Source: Lingula anatina (Eukaryota > Animalia > Brachiopoda). Taken from it: 64,000 nucleotides of DNA. The translations under genes and the position numbers were made by a program. The notes under the pieces are model-generated. The model was given only the letters and a program-made list of their open reading frames with translations, searched no databases and was not told the origin of the DNA. The first letter of the stretch is position 1, and each line of letters starts with the position of its first letter. Where the stretch lies: NCBI GenBank assembly GCA_051362555.1, contig CM120646.1:17918001-17982000 (forward strand), in the 5' to 3' direction. This document shows, piece after piece, positions 47,750 to 60,750 of the stretch.

Positions 47750-50291
47750 AGACATTAGATCAGTCGATTACAAACACAAGACATGTATTTCATTTTCCAC
47801 AAGTGGACTAGCAGCCTGATAATTGAAACGTGCTGGACGCATAGTTTGATAAACACAAAGGTGTGTATTTTATTGACCAACCTTTTCTTTTCGACCATTG
47901 ACCAGTTATAAGGCCGCATTGGATAGTTTGACCACATGGTGTATGCTACAGCGAACCTTCAATTGATTTGTTTTCTCCGAAGTCTCGATCTTCTGCTTCT
48001 TTCCCTTCCTGGGTTTAATTTTGATAGGTTATAATCATGTAATTTTTATCATTTTTTTTGTCTCTGTCTGAGGAAGGTTCGGGAAATTACTAAAAGGGTA
48101 ACTTTATATTTTCTAAATTATTCATCAGATATCTGGTGAAGTGTGTGAAAGAAAATTTGTTCCCTTTTCTGGTTCAGTGGTGTGTAAAGACCGTAACTGA
48201 GAACTTCTGTTTAGGAAGGTGCTAGCTAAGATAATAGCTCCATCTTACATGTTCGGCCTGTTAGTAGACAATTGATTGTGACACCCTGTTCTGCACAGGA
48301 CACGGCACAGGCTTTTCTTTTATTGACCATTATTTCTCATGTGTGTATAAGTTTGTGTATATGTGTGTGTGCGTGTGTGTGTTTGTGTGTGTGTGTTTGT
48401 GTGTGTGTGCCACTGTGCAGTTGTAGTTCTTAAATAAAGTTTTCAGCCAGTGTGAATGCAGTCATTGTGTATTCAGGTGGTGAAGTAGGATCTAAAGTTT
48501 TCTTGTTTTTAACTGATCTGACATAGTTGTATTCAAGGGTTCAGCTCCATAGTGTTTGGTGGCTTTGTTTGCACTACGGTATATACCAGTATATATTATT
48601 ATATACATATACAGGCAGAGTAACATACTGTTTGTGTATTATGTAACCGGGTAGAACCTGCATGAAAGATTTTTATGTGGATGAAAAATTATAAGGGAAG
48701 TAAGACAAGTTTTCAAAATATTACTATACTGGTATTTTTTGAAAAAAAAAAACCTTCATGACATCAAGATTTATAACATTATAACAGAGAGAGAGAGATT
48801 TAAGACACCTCATATTGGAATGGTTAAATGGATAGTTTCAAAATGTCGGAGATAATCTAAAGATACAAAATGAAGTCAAGTGAGTTATAGAATAGGCACC
48901 CACTGTCTGTAGTTGACCATTAGAAATTAAGTATATGTATTGATATAAAATATTCTTGATATATGTTATGTGCTGTATTGATATGAGCAGTGGTAATGCA
49001 TTCTTGATATGATAAACTGTAACTTATTAAGGTTTTTATATCAGGAACTGTGGGAAGGTATTAGTGCTTGCAGTATATGCTGATTATCTTTATTGTGCAT
49101 TTCTAGGCACAAATTTGGCATAGTCAGAGTATTCAAACTCCGTCATTAAAGAGGTCTAATTCAGTTTAATGTGGTGAGTATGTTGGGTTTTTTGTGTATG
49201 CGCATGCATGTGCATGCTCAGACATGATATCTGTGTATGTAAACAAATGCACAGACAGATAATAAAAGAAATTTATGTATACTCTCAGTAAAGGACATAT
49301 GATATACAAATACTATTTTGTTGCCATGATTCAAAGATAGCACTTAGAGAAGCCATGAGATAGTTTACAGTCAAACATAAGAAGCAATAAAGACCATGTC
49401 AGAGTAATCTCTTTTCTATATATAGCCTGCTTGTTGATTGCTGTTTGACCGCTGATTATTGATCTTTCAGATACCTGCATTGAAGGACCGTCTCTCGTCA
49501 TTGTAGTCACCATTGTGCGTGCGTGTGTCAGTACTCTTGCATTTGTCTGCTGGGTTAACTGGGAGGAAAGTGCAGTATATATACTCTGTGCTAATTGCTG
49601 CAGAGGAAATATAGTGTGTTCGAGAGAGCCTCTGTATCTGGCAAGGTTGGAAGCTCAGCTGCTGCTGAATTATCAGGTAAGGTGAAATGTGTGACCGAAA
49701 AACATTGTGAAATCCTTGTTTGAGTGATTTGTTTTATTGTGTGTTGAGAGAGAGAGAGAGAGAGAGATAGAAAATTTTCTGTCCAAGTTTAATATCTTTG
49801 TCTCTGCTCAGGAAACGTATTTCTGAAATTCAGTCCATGCTGGCATGCTTATATACATATATGCTTTTCATATAATTAATATGTGAACATTTCATTTCTG
49901 TCAGCAGCAATATTGATAATGTTTTATTTAGTCTAATTGATAGGGAATAACCACTATCACTTATTTTCAGATGCCTAACTCCTGAATTAATTCAGGTACA
50001 TTTGATAAGGTCATAGATTTTTAACGTGCAAGGTTATCATTGGAAAAATCCAGTTTTGTGGTAGTGGCTATTATATAATACAATTTATAAGATGATATGA
50101 GACATGTGATGGTAGTAACATGTTCATGAGATAGGATCAGATGTCATGCTGAAGGTGAAGATTATATTGTATCTATAAAAAAATTACACGTAGTTTGATA
50201 GAAAATTATACTACAAGCAATATTGCTAGATAAAGTAGATGTGATGAATAAAATTAAATTGGAAATCCAATTTGTGCTTTTCTGACCTTAA

Positions 50292-50505
50292 AGCCCCTTT
50301 TACACTGGACGGCGTCCTCTCTGCGTCCTGTAGTAGGCCCTGATTGAGAGTAAAAATAATATTTTATGTGCACAACTGGGCAATCATTGAGCATTCATTC
50401 TGCAACCAAAGCGATGCTTGTGCCTCTTTCCTACGACCACAGCGATGCCAGTTTCATGGTCACACAAAGGATGCAGGAAGGATGCCGTCCATTGTAAAGG
50501 GGGTT
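50292..50505. mobile_element. Harbinger-like MITE, about 214 bp
   Basis: Imperfect TIR agccccttttacactggacggcgtcc / ggatgccgtccattgtaaagggggtt; TAA target-site duplication. Confidence 0.75.
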
Positions 50506-50929
50506 TAATTAAGCAGACCCAAGACCCCTGGCTGTTAGGCCTACAAGTCACTTCTTCACATTTTTTCTTACAACCCAGAATCATGTCTGTATGCATGCAT
50601 TTTCCCAGAAAACATAAAGACATTAACATTCAAAGCAATATTGCAGCGATAAAGGAATACCAAAACTAAAAATAATGTCATGTTCGAGTGCTTTAACTGT
50701 CAACTCCCACACATTGATTTTTCTCCTATAATCTTAACATATTCAGCACGTTGTGTACGTTCTTAGACAAATAGTATTAATCATAGCCACAGAAACAAAG
50801 AACTTAAAAGACTCGAAGATTTAATGACCTGTTTTCTTAGGGGGAAAAGTTGTGATGCTTAGTAGTAGCCTCCTAGAATGTAGGAGGCTTTTTTCGTGCA
50901 TGAGATATTTATTAAGCACTATTGGATAC

Positions 50930-51070
50930 AATTAGTGAACATAACTGTCACTTATTGCAATCGACTGTTTTTTAAGATGCCTTGATGGATGAACAGGAGG
51001 GTCATGTGAGTCTGTGTATACTGGAGCCATGCAATTAAGGATGTATTTGAAAGTAATGATAATGGGAGTT
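50930..51070 (-). mobile_element. Possible degraded CR1/L2 LINE 3' fragment
   Basis: TFKYILNCMAPVY...PSRHLK resembles the L2/CR1 ORF2 tail pattern FKxLNGLAPxYL...PSRxLR; weak similarity judged by eye. Confidence 0.3.
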
Positions 51071-54000
51071 GACCCAGGTCCGTGTGCTATCGCATTCACG
51101 TCATGCTCTGTTTTCTTTGGCTCAATGGCACAATTGGCTGACATGTGGAGATGCGCAATAAAAGTACATTTATCGAGGATTGACTTTGTACCAAAAAGTA
51201 CGGCAAAAGACATTATTGTAGGGGTGGGTGGGGTGGGGGATGAATATCTGCGGCTAGAATTAAGTACTAGTATTTAATGATGTATTTGTGCTATATATAG
51301 ATATCATATTGGCAGAACAGCACATTATATTAGTAGTGGCTAGTTATCATGCAGGCCTATATAAATTAGCTGGGTCCGGTATTTTCTGCCTAATAATATC
51401 TAGTTCTCTATGGAAGTCCTGAATGTGCTTATTGGAGACAGTGGGCTGTCATGAATTTGCTGTCCGTGTGAAATTGTCTACATCCAAGTACAACTTCTAC
51501 CCCAATTCTCAATGACCCATCTCATCAGGTGATGCCAACTGGGACTATTCTCGTTCTGATTTATATTAGGTCTGAATGCGCCTGTAGATTATTGGCCGCT
51601 GGTATGAGTTTGCCGTGTGAATCCATTTAGGACTCACATCCATCTCCAGGCTGAACTGCGTTACTGAATTGCGTGCGATCCCTGGGGAGACCCAGATCAC
51701 AATACAAATACATTTGTAGGACTATTATGTGGGAATTATCTATGGTGGATCTGCAATACAGATATTTCTTACTGCCCACAAGTTGGCTCTTTGGCCCCGG
51801 TAATAAGAAGTAAATTGTGGAAATGTGCACTGGTGCATTGATATTGATAAGTGTACTTTATTGTGTCCATGGCCGGGCTTGCATAGCATATAATGTTAGG
51901 CCTGATTTTCAAGCTGAACACAACTGTAGAGTAAGGTATTTATTCACAGATATTTTACACCAAGTGCTTTTCCAATACTGTATATCTTTAAGATTAATAA
52001 TTATTAGGAATGCAGGGAAACATACTCCTGACTTGAACCTGACTCAAAAAGTGTCTTTAAATAAACTCAATAAGACCATTTTATGTGGGGAGGTAAAATC
52101 CATTAGTTTTGTTTGAATTTGGCAAATATTACTGCATTCTAATGGGGTTTGGGAGGGGGCAGGTCCAAGCAGAATTTTCTCACTTTTCTGTTTTCTTTGA
52201 AATTCCAAATGTATTGTAGAGTTTTTACTGAGTAATTTTAAAACGGATATCACTGTACTATGTGTTGCAGATTCATTAGGAGTAGGGAAGGGTTATTTTC
52301 CAAGGAGAAATTGCCATGGAAGATGTCTTTACCTGTAGCCCCAAGCTTACATTCACATGTATGCACATTCCAGTAATTAAAATTTGTACTTCTTTCTTTA
52401 TATAACAACACGTGGTCACTAAATTCAAATAGCTCTGATTTGTCATACTTCACAGAATGTAGTTTTTGAAGTAACACCGGAAAACAGAAGTTCCCACAGG
52501 TGCGACTTTGGTCAGTTTTTGTGAGAAACTGAAAACGATAATCCTGAAGTGATAAAATTATGGGAATACAGGAAGTTTTAAAAATCTGTATTTAATTACC
52601 ACTTTAACATTTTCCAGTGGCTGTGTGCTTGTTAGCCCTTTGAGACATGATAACCACAGGTACCTGTTGCATAATAGGCTACTCTCCATAAGGTCACATA
52701 TGAGAAAGGTGATCCATAAAGCAGTAGTAAAGGTGTGTTCAAAACCAGTCCGATTTAACTTTAAACCAAATTTTACATATTGAATAAGAATGATGATCTG
52801 TGTATAGCAGCAGGTAAGGTGGGTCCAGAGACACCCTTGACAAAATATTGCTGCAAACTGCAATTCTTTCTTGCAAATTTGCAACAATTTTTCTCCAATA
52901 TGGCTGCAAATGAGCAGCAATAAATTTTTTTCCTGCAAACTCATTGCTGCAACATTTTAGTTTGCATCAATATTGCTGCAAGCTTTTCATTTTTTTAAAG
53001 GCAGTCAGACTTTAACCAAATTTTACATATTCATTTTTAACACCAGAACATGTAAGGACCTCTATTTGAACCTCTACCACACCTTTTAACTTGTATTATC
53101 TCAATCAAACTGTGTGATGTTGATGGCTATAGTTTAGAACATTTCTTTTTTACCAGAGGACATTTGATTTTGTAGCGTGAAGATTTTATGTTCATTATGT
53201 GACTTTTAAGAAAAGTTGAGAACTCAAAGTAGAGAATAAATGCACTACTCTAGGCTTACCTTAAGGTGAAATACTTTATATAACAAAAAAAGGGAATAGT
53301 TTTAGCAATTTAAAAAAAAAAAAACTTAAGTCTAAATGGCAGATATGTCAGAAAACAGTAAATATTTCACAGTTTTAGTAACCAAATTAGACGATGTTTC
53401 ACATTTTGCCAAGATTAATCTGGCAGAGTGCAATTAGCTACTGGATCCCACATGGAAATCAGCAGGAAGTGATGTACAGGCCAGACGTCCCAAATTGTTA
53501 GGTAATAAACTTTGTACTGGATGATCCGAGAGGAAAAAATTCCTGGTTAGCATAATTCATAAAACAGCGGTGTTGTCAGTTAAGCCCAACAGCGTAGAGT
53601 TGGAAATTAAATGACAGATTTAAAGGTTCCTTGTTCACTATCTACGTCTGGGTTTAGGCTGGAGAAACTGTATCACATACATCCTCTTTTGTACAACCCT
53701 GCACATTCCTTTGAAGTTGCTGCTTGCTGTGAGCACTGCATCCAAGTACATCTTGGTTTAAAACATGCAGGAACAATTTTTTCCTAACAGATTGCATATT
53801 TCAACCTTATTAATGGAAAGATATGTCATTGGAGTTTTTCGTTGAGCAGTTAAATTGTTAACCTGTGGCAAAATTCACTTTGCTAGCAAAGACACGTCCA
53901 GGCTTATCAACACCAGATGATTGCTCCACATTTTTCTTGCACCCTGTAAATTTTCTGACTGACGTCAGTGGGAACATTTATAGCAGCAACAAGCAGAGAA

Positions 54001-55741
54001 GATTTCCAATCGTCATAGCAACCAGTAGCATCTAGTTATTGCCCAATTAATTTAGATGCCCCATGCTTATCCAGGTTACTATGTTGTCAATTCCATCGGG
54101 AGGGAGAAGCCTTATTAAGCATTTTCCAAGATGGACTCATTTGCATAAAACCAGACTATCAGTTGGGAAATTGCAATTTCTTTTTCAAGTTTTTGTGAAA
54201 CCAGCATTACCCTCCCCCTGTCTTTTTCTCCCCCCCCCCCCTTACTTCAAACTTTGGTTCTCTTTCAGGATGGATGCATTTTCATAACATTTCCAAATGA
54301 GATTCAGTGATCTGAGAGCAGATGGTTTGTATACATAGATCACCGAGCTGGTGAAAATCTGAAAATACCTGCTAATTTGTAATGTTACTACTTCACAACC
54401 AGAACTTTTATGAAATTAAGCAGTCTTATAGCTACATATTTCAAATACTCAGATAAGAAAGGGGTTTTATTATTTATTTTTTCTTCTCCTGAAATTTTGA
54501 AATATAATCAATCCTCTCTCTTCTTTCTCATCATGGTTTCATTATTGGAGTAAAACAAAAATGGCTGTGCTTGTTTGGTACATTTGATTGAAATATGGAT
54601 ACTAGTAAGTTGTAAGAGCATTGTGGACTGTGTCTGAGTAGCAATTTAAGTTTAAGGAACCCCCTGTTTGATGGTCAGTGAAGTTGTTTTTTTTTTTTAA
54701 TTTTTTGTATCATATCAGTATATAATAGAAAAAGAAATTTGTAACAATAACTATATATATCCCAAAAATAAGAAAGAAAAAAAATGATGAAAAAATAGAA
54801 TGATGTTATGAAATGATCAAAATAAGAGACCCCCCCCCCCCTTTTCATTTTTTGCCCTTGCATCAGAATCAACTCCTGGATTCAGGGGCTACTGGAGATT
54901 GTGGTCTACTGCAGTCCAGGATAAACCTGCAATAGCCTGCTAAAATAGCCAGCTAAAATAGAAGAAAGACTGATTTGAGGTATTAGTATCAGTATAGGAC
55001 TTGGACTACTATCAGTTTATCTTGGATCAAATAAAGGAAAAAAGTAAAATTTCTAGTCTTTAACTAAATTTAACAGAAATATCACCTGAAGTTTTTTTTT
55101 TTTTTAATGAGAAATCAGTCTCTTGTTTACTGTGTTTTATTTGAAATGATGCTCAGGATAGTGGGTAATCATGATCAGCATTGTGAAGATCACCACCACT
55201 GTATGATGATGTGAAGATCATGGACCAGTTTTCATAGCTGTATACAGGTATGTGTAGCACTCTCTCCAGGAATCTATACTTCCTCAAACAGAGGAACTCG
55301 TATCCACAGGTCTGTGCTGTATTCTATATCAGATATTTATGACCGAAGTATAGAGATGAGGGAAACAGGGAAGCATTGATGTCTTGATCAGGGGTATGTC
55401 AGGGGTTTGGGAATACACACCTGTAGACTGGGCTTGCCATGAAGATTAGTAAGTACTAGTAAATTTATGCATTTTCAGACTTGTGAATGCTGTTATAGCA
55501 TTAGAATTTTGGATAGAAAGATAGTTGGATTGTACATTGAATAGAAAGTTTATTTATTTCTTCATTTTGTTCTGTGTTCATTTATTTTCATTTACTTTTT
55601 TTTTTTTTACAGACGAGTAAAACGTGATGTTTGTCTGACTATGTATTTGGTCATTTTCTTGAGTGTAATTTTATTCTAATGAACTGCTGCAGATTTATTC
55701 TAAGATTAGGGAGGATAACCCGCTGATCCACACTTTTATAC

Positions 55742-55744
<3 letters not shown>

Positions 55745-55778
<34 letters not shown>
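55745..55778. repeat. (CA)n microsatellite
   Basis: Read directly. Confidence 0.95.
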
Positions 55779-55780
<2 letters not shown>

Positions 55781-58700
55781 AAATTTGCAAACCTTGGATG
55801 GTTGCTTGTGTGCTTTAGTGCATGCACATGTTTGTGCGCATGCATTTGAAACATGCTAGGGATTGACTTCAATCACAAAACTGTCTCATTATTTACTAAA
55901 CAAAAGTTTCATTTTTTTGTGAACATCTTCACTCAGTTAGCTACAAAACTAAACAACCCTCCTATCAACCTTAAACATAAGACATATGTTAATTTACAAC
56001 CCTATATCATCTTAGAAGAAGACTTCAGCTGATTTATATATGGATATATATTGAGATAAAACACACCAAGGTTTGACTGATGTTCTTTTGTGCATAAAGC
56101 CCTTGGTCAACACCTGACTTGTGTCATCTTTCCCACTGATGTACGTTTCATTTATCTCACCTGCATTTACCTGTACTCTTATCATACCAGGTGTGCAATA
56201 CTTGTACTAGCTCAACTCTTTACTGGTGCCATTGCTTCTGTGATGAACACAGTGGATAAAGTGGCAGAAACTGCAGCAGTTATCATTCCTATTTTTATAA
56301 CGAATGCATGCACACAAGTGCATGTCTGCACCTCTTTAAGTATGCACGCATGGACACGATTTTTTTCCTTGAACAGCTTGATCCTGGCAAAGTTATCATC
56401 TCTGATCTTTCTCTATGCCAGAAAATATGTTACTTTAGATTTTGCACTTCATAGCCCTAAAACATCTAGAAATAACCCATTTCCTGCTTCCTGTGATTTA
56501 GCCAGGGTTTTGAAATAGGGATTTTTTTTTACTGAGACAGGCCCTGTTGACTCCATATAGCCAAAAAAAAAAATAAAAAAATAAAAAAATAAAAAAATAA
56601 AAAAAATAAAAAAAAAAAGAAAATTTAAGTCTGCAAGAATGGATGTCCTAAATTGAAATACTGAGTACAGAAGACAGTGGAACAGTTGCCTGGCTAAGAT
56701 CCTGCATGCTGTCATTACACATGGTGACTAAAAGTTGGATGTAATGGTTTTCTGCCCCACTCTCAAATAATAATAATAATAATAATAACAATAACAAATA
56801 AATAAATAAATAAATAAATAAATAAGCCAATTGAATCATTTTCAATGTGTGTAAATTCATTGCATATTTAGTAAAGCATTTTTCCTCTTAGTTTGGTTTG
56901 AAATGAAAAAAAAAAAAAATAATAGATGTGATGATGGTGATAATGATGACAATAATAATAATTACAACAGTTTTATCGTTGTGGACATTTAAATAGCAAT
57001 GTGAAGAATATAATTGATATAACCTTTCTGTTCATGGGATAAAGACCTTAATTGATCTAGTTTTGCATTGAATTGGTGTTATATAATAGCTGTCATGCTG
57101 CAAATTGGGTCTTTGAAGAGGAAACTGCTGTATTCATATTGGCAAGTATATATAGTTTAGTTTATATATATGTAGCTGAAAGTATATTACTAGTTTATAG
57201 ACCATGTAATATTGTTCTAATTGGATGCAGCTGGACTAGTTTAGGACAGTATTTCTTATGGCCATTTATTGGATTTTGTTTATATTTTTCTTTTATATGT
57301 TTATGGAATCAAGATCCTTTTGACAAGATTGTGGCCCATTGTGTAGCGGCACCTTATATCTTAAATGTAATTTACACAATGAATATTTAACATTACCATG
57401 GTTTTAGTCAAATCAGAAGTAAAAAATCACTTGGTTACTGGTAAATTAGGCAAAAAATTGAAATATTTAAGATTGTCAGTAGCTTTTAAGCTCTTAATTA
57501 AAATTACTTTATGTTTGGCAGGTCTTTGGTTATTTTTATTATTTCAGAATGAACACAGTATAGGAGACATGTTGTATATACATATATATAACAAAGTTGG
57601 AGAAATAATAAATTAGTCTTATTCACAACAAATATGTTGTAAAAAAGAGAAAGAAAAAAAGAAGCTCATGATTTTCCCCATTGCCAGATGATATGGCATT
57701 AGTTTATTATTCTGTTTACTTAATCTATAAATATATGTCAGAATATACCTTAAGATCCATGCAGTTGTCTTCAGTTAAAGGGGTTTAGTAGTGTATCATT
57801 GGGAAAAGGTTACAGAGAGAAGCTGTGGCCACATCTTGCGTGCAAATGTTAATGCTTTTGAGGTACCATCTGAATAAATAGGCTACCTTTAGCTAGGCCC
57901 AATTTCATGGTAGAAGTTGTATCAAAAGTTTTTCTTAACTCAAAGACAGAAGATTTAATTTTTTTACTTCAATCTTAGATAGATTTGTAGTAGTCTAGTG
58001 ATTGGGTTAATTTTTGATGTAAAATATTGGTCTTTTTTTTTTTTTTTGTAAATCAGGCTCACTTTTCTCATTTATACTGACTTCTAGAATAAATTCTTCT
58101 GATGTATGTCTTTCTGACTCCATATAATTATATATAATAAAGTGGTAGATGTGCTATTGGAGGGAGTAGCTTTTTTTTAGTGATTAATGAGACTGATTGG
58201 CTAATTTATTTTAGAAATATCTTAATTGTTTTTGTCTTCAATGATTTAAGTGCTGAGGCAATATAAGTTGCTGTAGGCAATAACTGCTATTACATTAATT
58301 GTGGTTTTATAAAAAAAAAGCAGGTGATCAATAAGTTGCAATATAACATTGTGGTCTGTCAGTGCAAATAATAGTCTTCTCAGTTGTTTCCAGGGTTCAC
58401 TTTACTCGTTTTTTTTTTCCTTGCGGTAAACCAGTACAGTTTGTTGAAGAAATCAAGTTGAAGAAATCTTTCACCAAATCAAAGATGAATTGCTGTAGAG
58501 AAGATGAAAGTTTTTTTAATTGTTTTCATTATTAATAAAAATGCATTTTATTTGAATTTGTCAAGGTTTATATAAGTCTGTAGTGATTATTGCACATTTT
58601 CAAAATTATTGATAAATGTGAAAAATGCAAAGGAGCCTATCTTGTTGGCCTCACTAAGAATTCTTTCACATCAAAAAGTTGAACCTTATAAGAGTATTGC

Positions 58701-60683
58701 TAAAAATAAGAATTAGATTTTGGAGAGAATAAAAATGTTTTTCCACCTATTTAGCATCACATTTCTGCCTTTTATCAAAGGGCCTTGGTTATGCTACCAA
58801 CTTTCCTATCTTTATGAAAGAAATAATGAAAAACCCATTCTGCGGCAAATGAAAGATAACAGGCAAAACACTTTTAACTATTTTACTGTGTCTTTGTTAA
58901 ATCATACAAAAGTTCCTGATGCAACTAAGACTGAGTTGAGCATTATGTTTGATCTTATTGGGAAATTTTCTTGAGAACATGTTCAGATAAATGATGTGTA
59001 GCTGAACAAATGAAGGAAGGTAAGAGAGTGGAAATGAGAAAGGGAAAAGAGGTGGTGGAGAGGAGATATATTTCCAGGATATAAGCAAGGAAATGGGGCA
59101 TAGGTTCATCCAAGAATGGGCGGGTGGGGAAGACATAAAGGGAAATAGTTATGTAAGAAACAGAGATTGACATATTTGAGAAAATTAGCCAAGAAAATAG
59201 TGAGATGAAGAAAGGAATTAGTAGTGAGAGGAGGAAATTAAAGCTGTGTGGTGGGGGGGGGGGGGGGGGGGGGGGTGGAGGAAGCATCTGACGTAGATAT
59301 TTCAGAAAATAACAAAATGGGTATTGAATATGTGACAGCTGTAGACAAGTAAATGGACAGATGGACAGACAGATGGAAAAAGAAAAAGACATTCAGAAAC
59401 ACAGATGAAGAGACAAATAGAAAGACAGATGGAAAGACAAGCCCGCAGTTACTTAGACAAATACAAGGCAGAAAAAGAAAACCATCTATTGCATATTATT
59501 ACGTCTCTGAAAATATTATGGTTGCCTTATAAGACAGGAAAATGGGGTCAAATGTGCAACGCTGACATCTCCCGGTAAACCAATTTACCTCTTGGCCATA
59601 TATCTTTTCTAATGCCCATACCATCCAGATAATCTCCATTGAAATAATGCCAAGCAAAACAACTTATCCAGATAAAACCATCATGAATAAATGTGCAACA
59701 CATCCCTGTACTGGTGGAAGTTGGGGCTATTTATAGCCCGGCCTCAGGTGTTTTCCAGTTTCTCTCGTTACAATATGGTGGTCCGAGAGGTTGACAGTCA
59801 AACAGCAGCAAAGTGCCCTTGAATGTCAGTCACAGATGAACTGTTTTAACTTACCAGTGTAATTACCATTGACTGGGCAAGGAAGTGGTTTATCATTATT
59901 GTACTTTATGTGCGAAAAGTTGGAAAAAATGTAGACTGCAACTGCAGGATTCTTTATATTATGAGGTCAGGCGGACACGGACAGTTGAATAAGGTAGATG
60001 TTTTTACTTCTTCCAAATATGTTATTATTTAAAAATGTAAATTATTCATGAAACTATATGTGTGTGTTGGAGGGGAGGTAAAAATTCAGACTTGGTCTTC
60101 TTAGGTATGATAAATGGTGGGAACTGGAGCTAGCTAATTTTGCCTTGCATTAATGATAAATTATAGTAAGTATTTGGTCAGGTGAGAAAATCTGTTAACT
60201 TATTCGTTTTTCCTTTGTTAATTTTTGAAGAAATGTAGCTACTTTTTCCCCCCACAACAATTCATTTTCTTCACTGGTGATTGTTGCCAACACTTCTTCC
60301 GTTAGGGACAAATAACTTGATAAATGTTTTCAATCAAGGTCGACGTTATATCACATGAGGAATATTCCAAAAGAAGAACAAGTGGACTATTTTTCACGTC
60401 TTACAAAGTGTCATTGTGTGCATATTATTACTGGTATAAAAAGGTGAACTTCTTTGAAGGACTGATTATACTGAAGCTTGACCTTTGTATAAGTATCACT
60501 TTTAGTTGGGTTGAGCTTGACGTACGTCATGATATGTTATATATTTATTACTGTTGAGTCAGAGATAAGTATGTTTTTTTTTCTTTCTTTATTTTCTAAA
60601 CAATGACAATGTGCATATATGTCATATAAGATATCTGTTACCATAATTTTATAAGTTTTCATGTAGGCTTGTTTCTCAAAAAC

Positions 60684-60686
<3 letters not shown>

Positions 60687-60750
<64 letters not shown>
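60687..60750. repeat. (TG)n(AG)n microsatellite
   Basis: Read directly. Confidence 0.95.

Noticed and set aside
52558-56518. Longer ORFs such as 52558-52944 and 56090-56518
   Set aside because: No recognisable domains or splice-consistent structure; partly overlap degraded repeats
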